From contig NZ_JAAHGX010000014.1 in the NCBI RefSeq assembly GCF_010672305.1, positions 90,698 to 118,764 of the forward strand: a DNA stretch of 28,067 nt, given 5' to 3'. The stretch comes from Okeania sp. SIO2G5. Lineage in GTDB: Bacteria > Cyanobacteriota > Cyanobacteriia > Cyanobacteriales > Microcoleaceae. Below, one piece after another: positions 24,612 through 28,067 of the stretch (within the stretch, counting starts at the first letter, position 1; every line of letters starts with the position of its first letter). A program made the position numbers and the translations under genes. Below the pieces are notes generated by a model. It saw only the letters and a program-made list of their open reading frames with translations, ran no database searches and was not told the DNA's origin.

Positions 24612-24840
24612 GTAGAGCTAGGAGTCAGGAAGACCTCCTCAGAAGTCAGGAGAAATGGGAATTATAGAGGGGGTAGTCGGAAAAATTGTCCCTTGATTTT
24701 TCTGCCATAATCGTCCTAAAATACTAACTTTATGCAGCTCTTTCCACCGAAAAGCTTATACTTTTTTAGACAAAAAAATGCTACAACCTTTATCTGTCAA
24801 TGCTTTGATTTTTAATCAGCAAGCCCTAAGTATATTGTGA
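24612..24840 (+). repeat. dispersed repeat family B, copy 2
   Basis: Aligns with 3157..3385 (ggagtcagg...gtcaggagaaatggga...aattgtcccttgattttt...aacctttatctgtcaatgc). Confidence 0.6.
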
Positions 24841-24939
24841 AATGGCTATTACCAACTTAACCATTAGCCATTTAGCCAATTTTTTTCTTAAATTTTTCTC
24901 GCAAGATCGAGATAGATAGCTAAAACATTCTTACTTCTG

Positions 24940-25752
24940 CTATAATAAAGGGAAAAAATGTCCTACTGGCCCTTGACCAAGACCAATTTCTAAAGCATAC
25001 TCCAAAGCATTTGTGACATAATCCTTCGCCAATTTAACTGCAGAAAATAAATCTTTCCCTTGAGCTAAATTAGCAGCTATAGCTGCCGAGAGAGTACAAC
25101 CAGTGCCATGAGTATTATTAGTCTCCACCGTAGCAGTCCTTAAAATTTCAAACTGCGCTCCATCAAACCAAACATCTACTCCTAGTAACTCATTCTTCAT
25201 GGCTCCCCCCTTGACTAAAACTGTTTTTGCTCCTAGCCTGTGAATTTCCTGAGCAGCCATCTGCATATCATCTAGGTTATTAATCTCTAAACCCGTAAAA
25301 ATCTCTGCCTCATAAATGTTAGGAGTAACAATAGTCGCCTTAGGCAGCAAAACATTCTGTAGAGCTTCCACAGCCAAATCATCAATCAACTGAACACCTG
25401 CACGGGAGACCATCACTGGGTCTATTACTAATTTATTTAAATTTAAAGCTTCTATCTCTTCAGCTACGGCCAAGATAATTTCCTGACTCAATAACATTCC
25501 GGTCTTAGTTGCTTGTACGCCTATATCCGTAAAAACAACTTGAATTTGTGCTTTTACCGCTTCTGGGGACAAAGCGTCAACCCTATTTACTCCCAAAGTA
25601 TTTTGAGCAGTAATACAAGTCAAAGCACTCGTACCATGAACACAATGAAAAGCAAAAGTACGCAGGTCTGCCTGAATACCCGCTCCACCACCACTATCAG
25701 ATCCAGCAATAGTCAAAGCAACAGGAATACTTGATACCTTTAAATTATTCAT
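24940..25752 (-). CDS. thiD: hydroxymethylpyrimidine/phosphomethylpyrimidine kinase ThiD (270 aa)
   Basis: N-terminal LTIAGSDSGGGAGIQADLRTF signature. Downstream DPVMV and GTGCTLS motifs of the ribokinase-like HMPP kinase family. Confidence 0.9.
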   Translation of the reverse strand: MNNLKVSSIPVALTIAGSDSGGGAGIQADLRTFAFHCVHGTSALTCITAQNTLGVNRVDALSPEAVKAQIQVVFTDIGVQATKTGMLLSQEIILAVAEEIEALNLNKLVIDPVMVSRAGVQLIDDLAVEALQNVLLPKATIVTPNIYEAEIFTGLEINNLDDMQMAAQEIHRLGAKTVLVKGGAMKNELLGVDVWFDGAQFEILRTATVETNNTHGTGCTLSAAIAANLAQGKDLFSAVKLAKDYVTNALEYALEIGLGQGPVGHFFPLL

Positions 25753-26041
25753 AATATCAAATTTAGTAGTCAGTAGTCAATAGTCTGTAGTTATTTTTAA
25801 ATAAATAGAACTTATGCACAAATACTGCATAACATTTATAAACTATAGTTAAACCTATAGTGCCACACTATATAAACCTGTTAACCACTAAAGAATGCCT
25901 AAATTTACCTCTAACTAAACTACTATTAACTTAATCAACTTCTTTAAATTGCACTGCCGTGCAAGGCCAACAAATTTGATATAACAATTAATAGAATTGA
26001 CCTGGATGTCAATATCAAGAAAATTCCCTTGCTTTAACCAT

Positions 26042-27313
26042 CTATCTATTAGTAGGTGGAGTCCGTCGCCTTTGCAGAAAATCAGGAATATCCAATCCTG
26101 GTAATTTTTTCTGCTTCTCTGTGCTTTGAGTTGGAGTTGGAGTTGGAGTTGGTATCGACCTTCTTGGCTGTGATATTTCCTGGGTAGGATTCATTTGTGC
26201 TTCTCCACTAAAACCAGTTGCTATGACAGTAATTTTGATTTCTCCCTGCAATTTCTCATCAATTACAGCCCCAAAAATAATATTGGCATTAGGATCGACA
26301 ACTTCATAGATAGTCTCAGCAGCAGTATTAACTTCATGTAACGTTAAATCAGTTCCGCCAGTAATATTAAATACCACCCCTCTAGCTCCTTCCACAGAAG
26401 ATTCCAGTAAAGGAGAAGAAATGGCCATATTTGCTGCTTCTCTTGCCCTAGACTTCCCAGACCCCATACCAATTCCCATCAAGGCTGAACCTGCATCTGC
26501 CATCACTGCTCGTACATCGGCAAAGTCAACATTCACCAACCCAGGCACAGTAATAATATCTGAAATTCCTTGTATACCTTGACGTAATATATCATCTGCA
26601 ATTCTAAAAGCTTCCTGTACGGGAGTTTGTTCATTAATTACAGATAGCAAACGATTATTGGGAATTACGATTAAAGTATCAACTCTACTTTGTAAAGCAG
26701 CAACTCCTTCATCAGCTTGAGTAATTCGACGTCTTCCCTCGAAAGTGAAGGGACGCGTCACAATACCCACTGTCAGAGATCCTGCTTCTTTAGCAATTTC
26801 AGCTATAACGGGTGCTGCACCAGTACCAGTACCACCTCCCATTCCAGCAGTAATAAATACTAAATCGGGGTGGTCTAAAGCATTAGCTATTTCATCCCTA
26901 GATTCTTCAGCCGCTTTTTGGCCAATAGCCGGATTACCCCCTGCCCCCAAACCTCTTGTGAGTTTTTGTCCAAGTTGTAAGCGTTTAGGAGCATTGGACA
27001 GGGTTAGAGCTTGGGCATCTGTATTAACTGTCCAGAATTCTATACCAGAAACCTCACTAGCAATCATTCGGTTAACAGCATTGCCGCCACCCCCTCCAAC
27101 ACCTATTACTTTAATTTTTGCTGTATTACTTGGCACAATATCATCACTCCTAGATTCTTTCTTTGGGGTGGCTTTGGGGTCATAATTTTGTTCTCCATAA
27201 AGTCCCGAGCTATTGCGAAAGGGATTAGAGAGATTTTTTGGTAATGGAAAATTTCCTTGTCCTTGGGATTGGGGACTTTCACTGTTGACCCCTTGTTGAT
27301 TATTCACTATCAT
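26042..27313 (-). CDS. ftsZ: cell division GTPase FtsZ (423 aa) with cyanobacterial-type N-terminal extension and Pro/Thr/Gln-rich C-terminal linker
   Basis: Tubulin signature GGGTGTG ([20 protein letters not shown]) and [15 protein letters not shown] nucleotide-binding start. About 60-aa N-terminal extension, as in cyanobacterial FtsZ. C-terminal DIPDFL-type conserved peptide. Confidence 0.95.
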   Translation of the reverse strand: MIVNNQQGVNSESPQSQGQGNFPLPKNLSNPFRNSSGLYGEQNYDPKATPKKESRSDDIVPSNTAKIKVIGVGGGGGNAVNRMIASEVSGIEFWTVNTDAQALTLSNAPKRLQLGQKLTRGLGAGGNPAIGQKAAEESRDEIANALDHPDLVFITAGMGGGTGTGAAPVIAEIAKEAGSLTVGIVTRPFTFEGRRRITQADEGVAALQSRVDTLIVIPNNRLLSVINEQTPVQEAFRIADDILRQGIQGISDIITVPGLVNVDFADVRAVMADAGSALMGIGMGSGKSRAREAANMAISSPLLESSVEGARGVVFNITGGTDLTLHEVNTAAETIYEVVDPNANIIFGAVIDEKLQGEIKITVIATGFSGEAQMNPTQEISQPRRSIPTPTPTPTQSTEKQKKLPGLDIPDFLQRRRTPPTNR

Positions 27314-27924
27314 TTTTGGGGATGGTAGATATATAGTATTTTTAAATTTTAATTTAATTTATACCTTATTACCAGAATAGCTCTTAGCATAGGTTAATCA
27401 GTCATATTCTAAAGCATGGTGAAGTTCTCTCTCGTTAAAATCGGAGATGATAACGGGAGCTTCTCAAACAAAGAAGTTTCTTGCTCCTGCTGGCGCAACG
27501 TTGCACGAACACAGGTTGATTAACGTCTTACGCCTCCACAAGCAGGCAAGATGATACCCACCTCGTTTAATGTTTTATTGCAATATGTTAATTGCAGCAT
27601 CGGTATTCATTGCTTTTACTTAAAAAGTCAGAGGCTGCATATATGCTTTGTGTAGGTGCTTGAGAGATACCCGCAGCAATATTCTCAAAATGGTTCAGGA
27701 GAGAGGTTACACGAGGCCCTTTAAGCATAGTAGCCCTGATTTTATCATAGTCAAATACTTTCATATTTAAAAAATACCAGTCGAATTCTATCTATGATCC
27801 CTGCCACTATACCACAAAGGGGGTTGGGGGGTTAGATTTTTTTCATCCATAGTTCTAGACTAGACGTGCTAGTAGTTTGGGTTATAAATATATAGGGTTT
27901 GCGCTCAAAAGTCTTATGGGTAAG

Positions 27925-28010
27925 GGTAGGAGACAGGAGACAGGAGACAACCCACCCCTAACCCCTCCCAGGAGGGGAGGGGAAGACAGGAGGAACGGGG
28001 AATGAGCGAG
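27925..28010. repeat. partial family-A-related element (heptamer GGAGACA x3 + aacccacccctaacccctcccaggaggggagggg palindrome)
   Basis: gtaggagacaggagacaggagacaacccacccctaacccctcccaggaggggaggggaag parallels the 2941..3010 core. Confidence 0.5.
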
Positions 28011-28018
28011 GAGGTAGG

Positions 28019-28067
28019 ATTCATTAATTGATAATGGATAATGGATAATTACCTCGGATTTTAACCG
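28019..28067. repeat. partial copy of cattaattgataatggataa...ttaaccg repeat (truncated by window end)
   Basis: cattaattgataatggataatggataattacctcggattttaaccg compared with 14115..14160 and 22333..22372. Confidence 0.5.

Noticed and set aside
25513-25734. Plus-strand 73-aa ORF inside thiD
   Set aside because: Antisense to thiD. Ser/Thr/Asn-rich low-complexity translation.
26745-27244. Two plus-strand ORFs (146 and 77 aa) inside ftsZ
   Set aside because: Antisense to ftsZ. Pro/Ala-rich artefact of the Gly-rich FtsZ coding strand.
27314-28067. ftsQ immediately upstream of ftsZ
   Set aside because: No ORF with FtsQ-like length or features lies in the 750 bp upstream of ftsZ, only repeats and sub-60-aa ORFs. 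ftsQ may simply lie beyond the window edge, so no claim of loss is made.

Overview
The window is AT-rich and reads like a filamentous cyanobacterial (Nostocales-type) chromosome. It is saturated with heptanucleotide tandem repeats (STRR-like: TTCCTTC/GAAGGAA, CCTGACT/AGTCAGG, GAAGTCA, TTTGACT) and at least five families of MITE-like (miniature inverted-repeat transposable element-like) dispersed repeats, several nested inside each other. Housekeeping genes I can support are ftsH (15074..16915, +), thiD (24940..25752, -), ftsZ with the cyanobacterial N-terminal extension (26042..27313, -) and a ComFB-family protein (24155..24583, +). The dominant feature is a 7.7-kb gene (3910..11583, -) for a 2557-aa single polypeptide. 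It fuses four glycosyltransferase domains (GT-A/GT2-like, GT4, a second GT2, and a C-terminal GT41/O-GlcNAc-transferase-like domain), two SAM methyltransferase domains (one with a Cys4 zinc ribbon), an in-frame 3 x 30-aa tandem repeat, and three paralogous ~125-aa helical modules around the GT41 domain. Directly upstream on the same strand is a second multi-methyltransferase gene (TylF/CmcI-like MTase + TPR repeats + FkbM MTase) interrupted by an in-frame TGA. The giant gene is bracketed by direct copies of the same small repeat element and preceded by a 136-bp x 2.9 intergenic tandem array. Elsewhere: a stand-alone SAM methyltransferase (1911..2555, -) with a duplicated 3' fragment split by a MITE, and an IS630-family transposase remnant. 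Also present are a signal-peptide protein built from three near-identical 50-aa repeats, a polytopic GT-C-like membrane protein whose C-terminus is encoded by a heptamer array, a PD-(D/E)xK-like hypothetical, and an isolated DndE-like (phosphorothioation) gene in a repeat-laden AT-rich island. Together, the giant GT/MT gene and the upstream TPR/FkbM methyltransferase gene look like a candidate single-polypeptide assembly line for a methylated glycan, possibly attached to protein (OGT-like domain). All calls are from reading the sequence and the ORF track; no searches were run.
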